From an uncultured Candidatus Saccharibacteria bacterium (GTDB lineage: Bacteria; Patescibacteriota; Dojkabacteria; J137), in contig OZ246402.1 in assembly GCA_965230975.1 (NCBI GenBank), positions 1,120,859-1,184,858 on the forward strand: a stretch of 64,000 nt of DNA. Reading direction: 5' to 3'. The position numbers and the translations under genes are program-made. Shown here piece by piece: positions 20,565 to 29,849 of the stretch. Below the pieces are notes generated by a model. The model made no database searches and had not been told where the DNA came from. It saw only the letters and a list, made by a program, of their open reading frames with translations. Position 1 is the first letter of the stretch; every line of letters starts with the position of its first letter.

Positions 20565-21638
20565 ATGCTTAATGAGGCACAAGAGCTTCTAAAAAGAATA
20601 GATATATCTAGCTATAACTTGCAGCTAGATAAAATTCAAGAAGAATCTAACAATATATTGAATACCCAAGGGTACTCTTCTACAGAATATATCTCTAATC
20701 TTAAAAAGATTAATTCTATTACCGAGGTTATTACAACCTATAAAGAAGTCGAAAAGCTGGCTAAAGACCTAAACGATACGCAAGAGTTATTATCTACAGA
20801 TGAGTTTAAAGACATTGCAGCAGAAGAGATTCTGAAGATAGAAACTACCCTAAAAGATAAGTTATTCAAACTACAAACCCTTACAAGAAAAACTCTTCCA
20901 AATGACGATAAAAAAGCAATAATTGAAGTTAGACCAGGAGTTGGTGGAGTTGAAGCATCTTTATTTGCAGAAGAGATTTTTAACATGTATCTAAATTACT
21001 GCAATTTAAAAAAGTTTAAGATTGAAGTTTATAGCTTAGAACATAATTCAGAAGGCGGAATCACAGAGGGAATATTTTCTATAGAAGAACCTGAATCTTT
21101 TGGACATTTTAGATTTGAAAGTGGTGTCCACAGAGTACAAAGAGTACCGACTACAGAAAGTGCCGGAAGAATCCATACATCTACAGTTTCAGTTGCAATA
21201 CTTCCTCAATTTGAGCAGTCAGAAATCAAGATTGATGATAAAGACTTAAGAATCGACGTATATAGGTCTAGTGGACCAGGAGGTCAATCAGTTAACACAA
21301 CTGACTCTGCTGTAAGAGTGTTACATATTCCTACAGGAATGATTGTTACTTCTCAAAATTCAAGGTCTCAAATTAAAAATAAAGAAATGGCATTAAGTAT
21401 TCTTTTTGCAAAACTTCAGGAGATTGAAATGCAAAAGCAGCTAGAGGCAGAAATGACCCTTAGAAAAGAGGCTGTAGCCACCTCAGATCGATCAATGAAG
21501 ATCAGAACCTACAACTTCCCCCAAAGCCGAGTTACCGACCATAGAGTTAATTACAGCTGGTTTAATATAAACGAAATTATTCAAGGCCAAATAGAAGACA
21601 TTATAAACTACGTAGCTAACGAATTAAGGAAAGACTAA
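20565..21638 (+). CDS. prfA: Peptide chain release factor 1
   Basis: ESGVHRVQRVPTTE (PxT), SGPGGQSVNTTDSAVR, RTYNFPQ. Confidence 0.95.
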   Translation: MLNEAQELLKRIDISSYNLQLDKIQEESNNILNTQGYSSTEYISNLKKINSITEVITTYKEVEKLAKDLNDTQELLSTDEFKDIAAEEILKIETTLKDKLFKLQTLTRKTLPNDDKKAIIEVRPGVGGVEASLFAEEIFNMYLNYCNLKKFKIEVYSLEHNSEGGITEGIFSIEEPESFGHFRFESGVHRVQRVPTTESAGRIHTSTVSVAILPQFEQSEIKIDDKDLRIDVYRSSGPGGQSVNTTDSAVRVLHIPTGMIVTSQNSRSQIKNKEMALSILFAKLQEIEMQKQLEAEMTLRKEAVATSDRSMKIRTYNFPQSRVTDHRVNYSWFNINEIIQGQIEDIINYVANELRKD

Positions 21639-21697
21639 ATTCGATAACCGCATATCTAATTAATATTCTAGCAATTTACCAAGTCATATAACTGCTA

Positions 21698-22912
21698 CTA
21701 TTGAATTACCTCTAAAGCCTTATCAAGCTGTGGATCTTCTAAGTTTTTAAAATCGTCTTCTGTAAATTCAACTTCAAAGTTTGGTGTAATTGGATCTTCT
21801 TCTGTAATATTTCTGCCCGTTGGAGTTAACCATTGCTGAAAAACAACAATTAACATTGATCCATCAGAAAGCTCTAACGCCTGCTGTTCAACTCCTTTTC
21901 CGACTGTCTTTGTGCCAACAATACTACCTCTATTATTGTCTTGAACAGCAGCCGAGAAAATCTCAGATGCAGATGCACTACCCTCATTTACTATTACAGA
22001 AAGCGGTATGCTTTCAAATTTACCAGCTCTGTTATCTTTATAAATAGTCTCAGAGGTGTTTTTCTCTTTTTCCTTCATTAAAATAGTGCCATTTTGAAAG
22101 AATTCTTCTAAAATATATCTAACACTGTAAACATAACCACCTGGATTATTTCTTAAATCCACAACAATACCCTTTAAATTCGAATCTAATGATATTTCAG
22201 AAACTATCTTATCCCAACTTTTGTTTAAGGCTTCAGGTGTTACATCTACAAATTGAAAAATATTAATTTTATAAATACCATTATCAAGTTTTTCATAAGA
22301 TATATTATCTATGTCTATTTGCTCCCTAGTAATATCAAAAGATAAAGTATCTGCCTTAGATGGCCTAACAACTTCAACTTTTACCAAACTACCAGCCTTA
22401 CCTCTTACTTTTGAGGCAACTTCTGATGGATATTTACCAGTTACATCTATACCATCTACTTTAATAATAATATCTTTAGCCCTTAACCCAGCTTTTTCTG
22501 CAGGATAATTACTCATCACTGTTTCAATTTCAGTATTCTCTCCATTAAATTTTAATGAAACTCCTATGCCTTCAAAGTTAGGATCCTCTGATTCTTTATA
22601 AGACTTTGCCTCTTCTGGTGTTAAAAAACTTGTGTATTTACTATCCAGTGAATCTACAATGCCTTTTATTTTTGCATAATCTAAATTCTTTCCAGAAGGA
22701 ATATTACCCAAAAACTTTTCTTGAAGAATTTGATAAACACCATTTACATAATCAGAATCTTCTACAGATACTACATTTGAAGAATTTGTATTCGAATTAT
22801 ATGAATTTATTGTTTGAACTATTCCACCACCAATAAACAAACCCAATATTAAAACTATTGGAATAATAAATGGATATGATTGTTTATCTAGGGTGTTTTG
22901 AGTAGTAGGCAC
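21698..22912 (-). CDS. ctpA: S41 family C-terminal processing protease with PDZ domain
   Basis: GIGV PDZ loop, DLRNNPGG, SASASEI, TVGKG; GTG start. Confidence 0.9.
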   Translation of the reverse strand: MPTTQNTLDKQSYPFIIPIVLILGLFIGGGIVQTINSYNSNTNSSNVVSVEDSDYVNGVYQILQEKFLGNIPSGKNLDYAKIKGIVDSLDSKYTSFLTPEEAKSYKESEDPNFEGIGVSLKFNGENTEIETVMSNYPAEKAGLRAKDIIIKVDGIDVTGKYPSEVASKVRGKAGSLVKVEVVRPSKADTLSFDITREQIDIDNISYEKLDNGIYKINIFQFVDVTPEALNKSWDKIVSEISLDSNLKGIVVDLRNNPGGYVYSVRYILEEFFQNGTILMKEKEKNTSETIYKDNRAGKFESIPLSVIVNEGSASASEIFSAAVQDNNRGSIVGTKTVGKGVEQQALELSDGSMLIVVFQQWLTPTGRNITEEDPITPNFEVEFTEDDFKNLEDPQLDKALEVIQ

Positions 22913-22949
22913 AATAGGTAGCTAAAAATTAACTACCTATTGTAATATT

Positions 22950-23195
22950 TTAGACGTATTGTGTAAATGGAATTAATCCAATATACCTTGCTCTTTTTAT
23001 TGATGTTGTAAGTTTCCTTTGACATCTTGCAGAAACACCAGTTTTATCGGTAGACATAATTCTACCTCTTGTTGTTATATACTTTTTTAAAGTAGACACA
23101 TCTTTATAGTCAATTCTTGAAGGATCATTGTTGAATGGGCACTTCAATACTTGAGGTTTGATTATTCTTTGCTGTTTCTTTTTTTTCAAAGCCAT
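22950..23195 (-). CDS. rpsR: 30S ribosomal protein S18
   Basis: IDYKD, RGRI, QRKLTTSIKRAR. Confidence 0.95.
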   Translation of the reverse strand: MALKKKKQQRIIKPQVLKCPFNNDPSRIDYKDVSTLKKYITTRGRIMSTDKTGVSARCQRKLTTSIKRARYIGLIPFTQYV

Positions 23196-23236
23196 ATCTT
23201 TCCTTTAACAAAATTAAAATATTTATTGAGATCTAA

Positions 23237-23722
23237 TTAAAATAAATCTTCACTTTTTAAATCTTCATCATCAGATTGAGGTTCTGTAACAACAGGATCC
23301 TCTTCGTAAGCTGAATCTGCATCGATTTCTTGTTCAGAATCAGTAGCGTTACTTGCACCTTCAAAACCAACGCCCTTTTTTCCCTTACTATCTAATAAGA
23401 ACATATCATTTAATTTGATTTCTGTTCTGTATTGTTTTTTACCTTCTTGATCTAAAATTACTTTATTTCTTAACTCTCCTTCTACATAAACTAACATACC
23501 TACTGCTAATACTTGAATGCAGATTTCTGCTAATTTATTAAAAGCTACTAAGTTATGATACTCTGCTTTTTCTTTGTACTCTCCATTTTTATCTTTCCAA
23601 CTAGTATTAGTTGCAATTCCAAATGAAGCAATCATAACTCCTCCAGCAGTTTCTCTTAAAACTGGGTCTCTTGTTAAATTTCCAATTAACATTACTTTGT
23701 TTAATGATCTTGATTTTGACAT
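23237..23722 (-). CDS. ssb: Single-stranded DNA-binding protein
   Basis: NKVMLIGNLTRDP, VEGELR, acidic tail ending DLF. Confidence 0.95.
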   Translation of the reverse strand: MSKSRSLNKVMLIGNLTRDPVLRETAGGVMIASFGIATNTSWKDKNGEYKEKAEYHNLVAFNKLAEICIQVLAVGMLVYVEGELRNKVILDQEGKKQYRTEIKLNDMFLLDSKGKKGVGFEGASNATDSEQEIDADSAYEEDPVVTEPQSDDEDLKSEDLF

Positions 23723-23748
23723 AACAATACCTTAATAGTTATATAATT

Positions 23749-24042
23749 TTATAATTCAGTTTTTTTGATATCTAAAAATCTAATTAGTTCTGATGTTAAT
23801 ACTAATTTTTGCTTTAACTTAGAAATATTTGAAGATGTGATAGATAAGTCACATAGTAAGTAGTAACCTTCTTTATTTGCATCTATATCATAAGCAAGCA
23901 ATCTTTTACCATTACCAAATGATTCGTTGATTTTTATAGTACCTTTTAATTCCTTAACGATCTTTTCAATCTTGGGAAAAATTCTTTCCTTAACATCCTC
24001 ATTTGTCAGAGGCTTAAACAACAACATTAATTCGTATTCCAT
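23749..24042 (-). CDS. rpsF: 30S ribosomal protein S6
   Basis: YELM, GKRLLAYDI, EGYY; rpsF-ssb-rpsR order. Confidence 0.93.
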   Translation of the reverse strand: MEYELMLLFKPLTNEDVKERIFPKIEKIVKELKGTIKINESFGNGKRLLAYDIDANKEGYYLLCDLSITSSNISKLKQKLVLTSELIRFLDIKKTEL

Positions 24043-24171
24043 AAAGCGTTTTCAAAATTAATTAAATTAGCGCGTAATTATATCTAAGAATATGCTTAGA
24101 CACAAGGACTATTCTTGAAATTATAAGTATATAATAACCCTGAAATTTTACAAAAATACTACAAACTGGAA

Positions 24172-24774
24172 TTAAAACTCTACCCTACTTCTTAAAGAGT
24201 CAACAATTGTTTGACCGGAAACATATTCAATATCTCCACCAACCGGGATTCCCTTGGCCAGTCTTGTAATTTTCAAGGTCGACATTATTTTTAAAACCTC
24301 TTGTTTTATGTATAAACCAGTAGCTTCTCCCTCAATAGTTGGGTTTAAAGCTATAATAAGTTCAGTTACTGAACCCAACTTTAACCTGTTTAATAATTCT
24401 GGTATTCGAATTTCATCTGGACCAATTCCATTTATAGGAGATATCAATCCATTAAGTACGTGATATTTACCTTTAAACTCGGATGATGTTTCTATATTTA
24501 TTAAATCTAGAGGATCTTCAACAACCATAATTTGAGAACTATCTCTAGTTGAGTCTTCACAAATATCACAAAGTTCTTTATTTGATATATTTCCACAAAG
24601 CTTGCAAGGCATAGTATTTTCTATCATATCATCTATACTTTGCGCCATTCTTTTAGCTAAATCTTTCGCATTTATACTTAAATACAATGCAATTCGATTA
24701 GATAACTTGGGCCCAACATTAGGTAATGAAGAAAATATATCTGATAACTTTTGCACCTCTTTTGGGAAATTCAT
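24172..24774 (-). CDS. recR: Recombination mediator RecR
   Basis: LPNVGPK, C4 zinc finger, VVED, EGEAT, GIPVGG. Confidence 0.95.
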   Translation of the reverse strand: MNFPKEVQKLSDIFSSLPNVGPKLSNRIALYLSINAKDLAKRMAQSIDDMIENTMPCKLCGNISNKELCDICEDSTRDSSQIMVVEDPLDLINIETSSEFKGKYHVLNGLISPINGIGPDEIRIPELLNRLKLGSVTELIIALNPTIEGEATGLYIKQEVLKIMSTLKITRLAKGIPVGGDIEYVSGQTIVDSLRSRVEF

Positions 24775-24821
24775 AAAAATATATCTTTACTAACTGTTCA
24801 AAATGTAATTTTGTCTTAAAC

Positions 24822-24858
24822 AACCCGGGAAATGATATGACATATCATTTCCCGAGTT
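24822..24858. repeat. Near-perfect 37-bp palindrome between ybaB and recR
   Basis: AACCCGGGAAATGATATG-A-CATATCATTTCCCGAGTT. Confidence 0.8.
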
Positions 24859-24869
24859 TAGTTACTGGT

Positions 24870-25190
24870 TTATCCAAGCAAATCTTTTATATCATCTACA
24901 TTCATTGTCTCTTGCATCTTTTTTTGCAATTGTTTTTTTGCATCTTCAAAGCTTAATCTTAAGTCTTCTCTAACTGTTTTAACAATTTTTTCTGCTAAGA
25001 CTCTATTTTCTTCAGATACATTTGCTTTTTGCATAACTGCATCTAAATTAATTTCATCTTCAACCCAATCTATTAATCCATTCACCAATATACTTGCAGA
25101 GCCGTGCTTGCCAGCAGCCTCTATTTTTTTAGCTCTGTTTTGAGCCTCTCTTGCCTTTGCAATCATTTTAGGAATATCTAACACACCCAT
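24870..25190 (-). CDS. YbaB/EbfC family nucleoid-associated protein, divergent
   Basis: Size, helical pattern and dnaX-ybaB-recR order. Confidence 0.7.
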   Translation of the reverse strand: MGVLDIPKMIAKAREAQNRAKKIEAAGKHGSASILVNGLIDWVEDEINLDAVMQKANVSEENRVLAEKIVKTVREDLRLSFEDAKKQLQKKMQETMNVDDIKDLLG

Positions 25191-25289
25191 TTTTTTTATT
25201 TAATAAGTAATAAGTTCTCAGTTTTATAATTTCAACATAAAGAGTTTCTTAAAACTGAAGACTCGTGACTTATAGCTAGATATTATACA

Positions 25290-26825
25290 TCAAAGTAATG
25301 ATTCTACTAAGTCAGTGTTATCTGTTTGTTCCTTTACAACTTCTACCGCAATTTCGTTTTCCACATTACTAATTATAGGTGCATGAATAATTTCTACCTC
25401 AATACTTTCCTCTTCAATATTTGAATTATTTGCATCTTCAATTGATTCTACATTGACCCCTGAAATACTTAAGCCACTATTTTTAAATAGTTCAATAATA
25501 TATGTCTTAACCTCCGGCTTATTTAAAAAAGCAATATTTAGCTTGTATGGAGTTTTGATTGTTAGAATATCGTTATCTAAATCTACTTGAGAGTTTAAAA
25601 TTATTTGCCTAAGTCGTGGGTAATCTGTTTTAGCAAATTCTGCTATAGTTTCTTTATAATTTCCCTTAGATACTTGGATTTTGCTTGGGGTAAGAGGTTT
25701 ATCTGGTTTAACCTGAGGGATCTGTTCTATAGCTTTAGATTGCAATGGTGTATTAGGTAAATTTGTTACTGAACCAGCTGATTCAGATCTAAGATTAGGT
25801 AGACTTTCTGCACAATACTTAATGATTTCAAGTCTCAAGATTAAATTTTTATCTATGAATTCTTTTAATAAAGTTTTAGATGTAATTGCAAAATTAACTA
25901 TAGGGATATAACTACTTGCCAGTTTTAAATCACTCAAAATGATTTCATGAAGTTTTTCTATTAGGTTGTCAATTATGCTTATAGATGAATAACCATCATT
26001 TATAAATTGATCATATGTTTTTAAGGAATTTGGCAAATCTCTTGCTAGCAAAAACTTAGCTAAGTTAACTAAGTCATCTTCTTTTAGCATGCCTAATGAG
26101 GTATAAACCTCTTGCAAAGTAATCAAATTATCCTTATTTGTTGTTATAAGTTTAGATAACAAGCTTTCTGCATCTCTAAAACTTCCACCCGATTTTTTAT
26201 AGATAATTTCTAAAACTCCATCTTCTACTTGCATCTTTTCAGATTTTAATACAGTATTTAACTTTTCAAATAACTCTTCTCGAGATGCAAGGGCAAGGTC
26301 ATATCTTTCAACTCTAGAAAGAATAGTTACGGGAATCTTATGTGATTCTGTTGTTGCAAGTATAAACATTACATGAGCAGGTGGTTCTTCTAACGTTTTT
26401 AGAAGTGCGTTAAAGGCCTCCTTCGTCAACATATGGGCCTCATCAATTATGTATACTTTTTTGTTTAAAAAACTTGGTGAAAAATTTACGTTTTCTTTTA
26501 GACTTCTAATCTCTTCTATTCCTCTATTTGAAGCTGCATCCATTTCTATTATATCTATTGCGGAGTATTCATTTATAGCTTTGCAATTACTACATTCATT
26601 ACATACATCTCCTAGTTCGTTAAATTTTTCGCAATTTACAGCTTTGGCCATTAATCTAGCTAAAGTGGTTTTACCTGTCCCTCTTGGACCGGTAAAAAGA
26701 TAGGCGTGAGAAACCCTATTTTTATTTATACTACCTTTTAATATCTCTACCGTTTTTGTTTGGCCAACAACCTCTGAAAAGCTTTTAGATCTATATTTTC
26801 GGTAAAGTACTGTGTTTTCTGCCAT
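25290..26825 (-). CDS. dnaX: DNA polymerase III subunit gamma/tau
   Basis: LYRKYR, GPRGTGKT, DAASNRG, IIDEAHML, LLKTLEEPP; start placed at ATG 26825 (track gives 26840). Confidence 0.95.
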   Translation of the reverse strand: MAENTVLYRKYRSKSFSEVVGQTKTVEILKGSINKNRVSHAYLFTGPRGTGKTTLARLMAKAVNCEKFNELGDVCNECSNCKAINEYSAIDIIEMDAASNRGIEEIRSLKENVNFSPSFLNKKVYIIDEAHMLTKEAFNALLKTLEEPPAHVMFILATTESHKIPVTILSRVERYDLALASREELFEKLNTVLKSEKMQVEDGVLEIIYKKSGGSFRDAESLLSKLITTNKDNLITLQEVYTSLGMLKEDDLVNLAKFLLARDLPNSLKTYDQFINDGYSSISIIDNLIEKLHEIILSDLKLASSYIPIVNFAITSKTLLKEFIDKNLILRLEIIKYCAESLPNLRSESAGSVTNLPNTPLQSKAIEQIPQVKPDKPLTPSKIQVSKGNYKETIAEFAKTDYPRLRQIILNSQVDLDNDILTIKTPYKLNIAFLNKPEVKTYIIELFKNSGLSISGVNVESIEDANNSNIEEESIEVEIIHAPIISNVENEIAVEVVKEQTDNTDLVESLL

Positions 26826-26927
26826 AAAGTTATTATACATGATGATGCTAATTTTTTAAGAAATCTATGCTAAATTTTTAATTTTGTAATTAATGATATA
26901 ATCCAGACTGATATTATTTGAATAAAT

Positions 26928-27716
26928 ATGACAGACAGCAAATATATAGGAAAAAGGCTCCCAAATTTTAACCAAGATATGGTTGAATTAGTCGATCTAA
27001 ATAGTCCAAGTACTTTTAACACAATCAACGATTACGATCTTTCAGTCTTGTGGGAAGCTTATGAAATAGCAAACAACCCCGAAACTACATCTGATGAAGC
27101 TAAAGCTAGAGTTGTTGCAATTGCTGCGGCAATAGCTATGTGCCCTGTACCCGGAAATGCATTAATCGCCTATGGAGGACTTAGTAACTGGAAGGAAGTT
27201 GCAGCTGCTTACATCTCAACAAAGTTTATTCACAGTTACATTGTTGATATGCTAAGAAAATCAGATAAACCTGTTCACCAATATATGATTAGTTTATTTA
27301 CCAGCAATTACCCACGACATGGCGGAAACTTTAGGTCACCAGACTGGCCAGTATCCAAACATATTGCAGAATTTGATATACATTTACTAGGACATGCTAA
27401 CCCGGTTTCCTACTCAGTATCTAGAATAATTCGTGACGGTTTTAAACATTTTAAAGAAACTCAACAAAGAGGAAACCTAGTAGCCATTTATGACAGGATA
27501 ATGGAAATAAATTACATTGAAGATGATGTAGATTTGATTTTAAAAATAGCAAAAATAGCACTAGAACTAGGTGTGCCTAGAAGCATCATTCTTAAACACA
27601 TTAAAAGTCAAGGTTATTTAGTTGAAGAAAATGGATTAAATTACTTAAAAGATAGGATTGAAGAAAGGTTGAAATTACCCGAATTTCAATTACTTTCAGA
27701 AGCAGTAGAAAACTAA
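26928..27716 (+). CDS. Hypothetical protein
   Basis: 262-aa ORF with TGATATAAT upstream and terminator downstream; no recognised motif. Confidence 0.7.
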   Translation: MTDSKYIGKRLPNFNQDMVELVDLNSPSTFNTINDYDLSVLWEAYEIANNPETTSDEAKARVVAIAAAIAMCPVPGNALIAYGGLSNWKEVAAAYISTKFIHSYIVDMLRKSDKPVHQYMISLFTSNYPRHGGNFRSPDWPVSKHIAEFDIHLLGHANPVSYSVSRIIRDGFKHFKETQQRGNLVAIYDRIMEINYIEDDVDLILKIAKIALELGVPRSIILKHIKSQGYLVEENGLNYLKDRIEERLKLPEFQLLSEAVEN

Positions 27717-27721
27717 ATGAA

Positions 27722-27749
27722 AAAACGTCCCGATTAATCGGGACGTTTT
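27722..27749. terminator. Bidirectional intrinsic terminator
   Basis: AAAACGTCCCGA-TTAA-TCGGGACGTTTT between convergent genes. Confidence 0.88.
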
Positions 27750-27783
27750 AAATTCTTTTGAATTGAAGGTTGTATGCTATTAA

Positions 27784-27987
27784 TTATTTAATAATTCTTC
27801 TAGCAGCACTTCGTCTTCGTCTTTTTGTTTTTTCCCAAACTTTTCGTTTTTCGTGAACTGCTTTTGTTTTTGGGTAATAATATCTCTTCTCTTCTAGCTT
27901 TTCCATAACTCCTTCTCGAGTTGCTTCTCTCCAAAGAAGTCTTAAAGCTAAATCGATTGACATATCATCGTGAACTACAACTGACAT
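27784..27987 (-). CDS. rpsU: 30S ribosomal protein S21, divergent
   Basis: 67 aa; VVVHDDMSIDLALR...REG...KRYY and Arg-rich C-terminal helix align with the bS21 pattern. Confidence 0.85.
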   Translation of the reverse strand: MSVVVHDDMSIDLALRLLWREATREGVMEKLEEKRYYYPKTKAVHEKRKVWEKTKRRRRSAARRIIK

Positions 27988-27988
27988 A

Positions 27989-27997
27989 CACCTCCTT
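27989..27997 (-). promoter_or_regulatory. Strong Shine-Dalgarno sequence of rpsU
   Basis: Minus strand AAGGAGGTG-T-ATG; the only full SD seen in the window. Confidence 0.75.
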
Positions 27998-28059
27998 TTA
28001 GTTAATTAAATTAATTGCTCGGTATTTTAACATAAGGTATGTTAAGACTCCAAGTATTC

Positions 28060-29184
28060 TTATTTTGGCAACACTAATTGCAAAACGTCTTTAAAAGTAA
28101 CTAATACAAATAGGATTATCATAAACCCAAACCCTGCAGTTGTTATAAAATTAATAACTCTATCTGAAAGTTTTCGTTTTGTTAACTTTTCAATTGTAAT
28201 GATCAATATATGACCTCCATCTAGGGCAGGTATTGGCAATATATTAAAGAATGCTAAAGAGATGCTTATAAAAGCAGTTAGTGCAACAAGAAACGTATAT
28301 TCATTTAAAGCTACTGCACTATTGACAGTTCCTGCAACCTGAACGATTCCTCCAACAGAATTTGATACTTCTTGATAATTTCCACTTGAAAATGCATTTG
28401 AAAATATATTTCCAAGTGCTTTAATTTGGTAAACAAAAATATCATACGTCATTGAAACGCCAGAAAGAATATCTGATTTATACTTTAAGAAGTATGTTGG
28501 TTGATTAGAAGGGTATAAGGTTACTTGAAGTATTCCTCCGTTGTCCGACTTAATTGGTACAGTAAAGTCTATATTTGAAGTCTCGTAGGTATCTAAGTTT
28601 ATTAATGTGAAAGTAGCTTCTTTACCTTGCAAAGATTCTAAATTCTGAAAGAATTCATTGTAACTATCAAAAGATTTTCCATTTATCTGGACAATAGAAT
28701 CTCCGATTTTAAAAATCTCCTTTACCGGACTATCTTCTGAGATAGAAGTTATTGTAACAGGTGCGTAAACACTTTGAGATTGAACATTAGTAAATGAGTA
28801 ATCTGTAAGTTTAGCAATTGGGAATTTGTAATCTGTTATAGCTAAGTACCCTGTCAATAATACTACTGCTAAAACCATATTCATAATTACACCTGCAGAA
28901 AGAACTACCACTTTTTGATAGTAAGGCCTATTTCTAAAATTATTTGGGCTAGAACTATCTAACTCTCCTTCTAACTCAACAAAGCCTCCTAAAGGGAATA
29001 ATCTAAAAGTATAGTTTGTACCCTTATAGAATTTCTTAAATAGAACCCTTCCAAAACCTATAGAAAACTCTTTCACCTCCATTTTAAAGAACTTTGCAGC
29101 ACTAAAGTGACCGAACTCATGAATTGCAACAATTATTGTTAAAACAATTAAAGTTACTAATATAGATATTGGATTAAAAGTCAT
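28060..29184 (-). CDS. rseP: RIP metalloprotease RseP (M50 with PDZ)
   Basis: HEFGH, PLGGFV, NILPIPALDGG. Confidence 0.93.
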   Translation of the reverse strand: MTFNPISILVTLIVLTIIVAIHEFGHFSAAKFFKMEVKEFSIGFGRVLFKKFYKGTNYTFRLFPLGGFVELEGELDSSSPNNFRNRPYYQKVVVLSAGVIMNMVLAVVLLTGYLAITDYKFPIAKLTDYSFTNVQSQSVYAPVTITSISEDSPVKEIFKIGDSIVQINGKSFDSYNEFFQNLESLQGKEATFTLINLDTYETSNIDFTVPIKSDNGGILQVTLYPSNQPTYFLKYKSDILSGVSMTYDIFVYQIKALGNIFSNAFSSGNYQEVSNSVGGIVQVAGTVNSAVALNEYTFLVALTAFISISLAFFNILPIPALDGGHILIITIEKLTKRKLSDRVINFITTAGFGFMIILFVLVTFKDVLQLVLPK

Positions 29185-29207
29185 ATTTAATAATTGTTAT
29201 AATTAAG

Positions 29208-29756
29208 TTACACAGCCATTATATCTATCTCTTTAACCTTAGCTATTTCCTCTAAGTTAGAGATAGATTTATCCACCAACTCCTGAACCTTCTCTTCGCT
29301 TCTCTTTTGATCATCTTCTGATACTTTATCCATGGAGGAAATCTCTTCCATATACTTTCGCCTTACATTTTGCCTAACTTTAACTCTAGCATCTTCAAGT
29401 AAAGCATTAAGCTCCTTAACTTGTTGCATTCTAACCTCTTGAGTCATTGGCACAAAGTTAACATTAATTGTAACTGGGTCAGATTGATTTACTGAAGCAC
29501 CCAGCTGTGCAGCAACAATTGCATCTAAAACTGATTGAGTCATATTTCTATCAAAGATTTTCCAAGTTATAGACAAACCATTTTGAGTAGGAGAACCCAT
29601 ATAAGAAACTGCAGTTGGTGCACCATAGTAATCAACAAATATCGATTCGAAAACTTGTAAGCTAGGCTTGCCAGTTCTTAAACCAGAAATCTCCTTCTTA
29701 AATCGCTCTTCCTCTTTTTTTAAATCACTAACTATAGTGCTTTCATCTACTAACAT
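29208..29756 (-). CDS. frr: Ribosome recycling factor
   Basis: LRTGKP, VDYYG, ARVKVR, SEDD; follows tsf. Confidence 0.92.
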   Translation of the reverse strand: MLVDESTIVSDLKKEEERFKKEISGLRTGKPSLQVFESIFVDYYGAPTAVSYMGSPTQNGLSITWKIFDRNMTQSVLDAIVAAQLGASVNQSDPVTINVNFVPMTQEVRMQQVKELNALLEDARVKVRQNVRRKYMEEISSMDKVSEDDQKRSEEKVQELVDKSISNLEEIAKVKEIDIMAV

Positions 29757-29779
29757 ATACTTCTTATAAAATTTAATAT

Positions 29780-29830
29780 AAAAAACCCGCTTCCGAACAA
29801 GATATTTTACATCATTATTCGAAAACGGGT
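29780..29830 (-). terminator. Terminator-like hairpin after tsf
   Basis: Minus strand ACCCGTTTTCGAATAA...TTGTTCGGAAGCGGGT plus T run. Confidence 0.65.
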
Positions 29831-29849
29831 AAGCAATTAATTTTTACAA

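Noticed and set aside
26457-26463. A6G run in dnaX as a gamma/tau frameshift site
   Set aside because: Read as AAA-AAA-G, the wrong phase for -1 slippage, and located inside the AAA+ domain.
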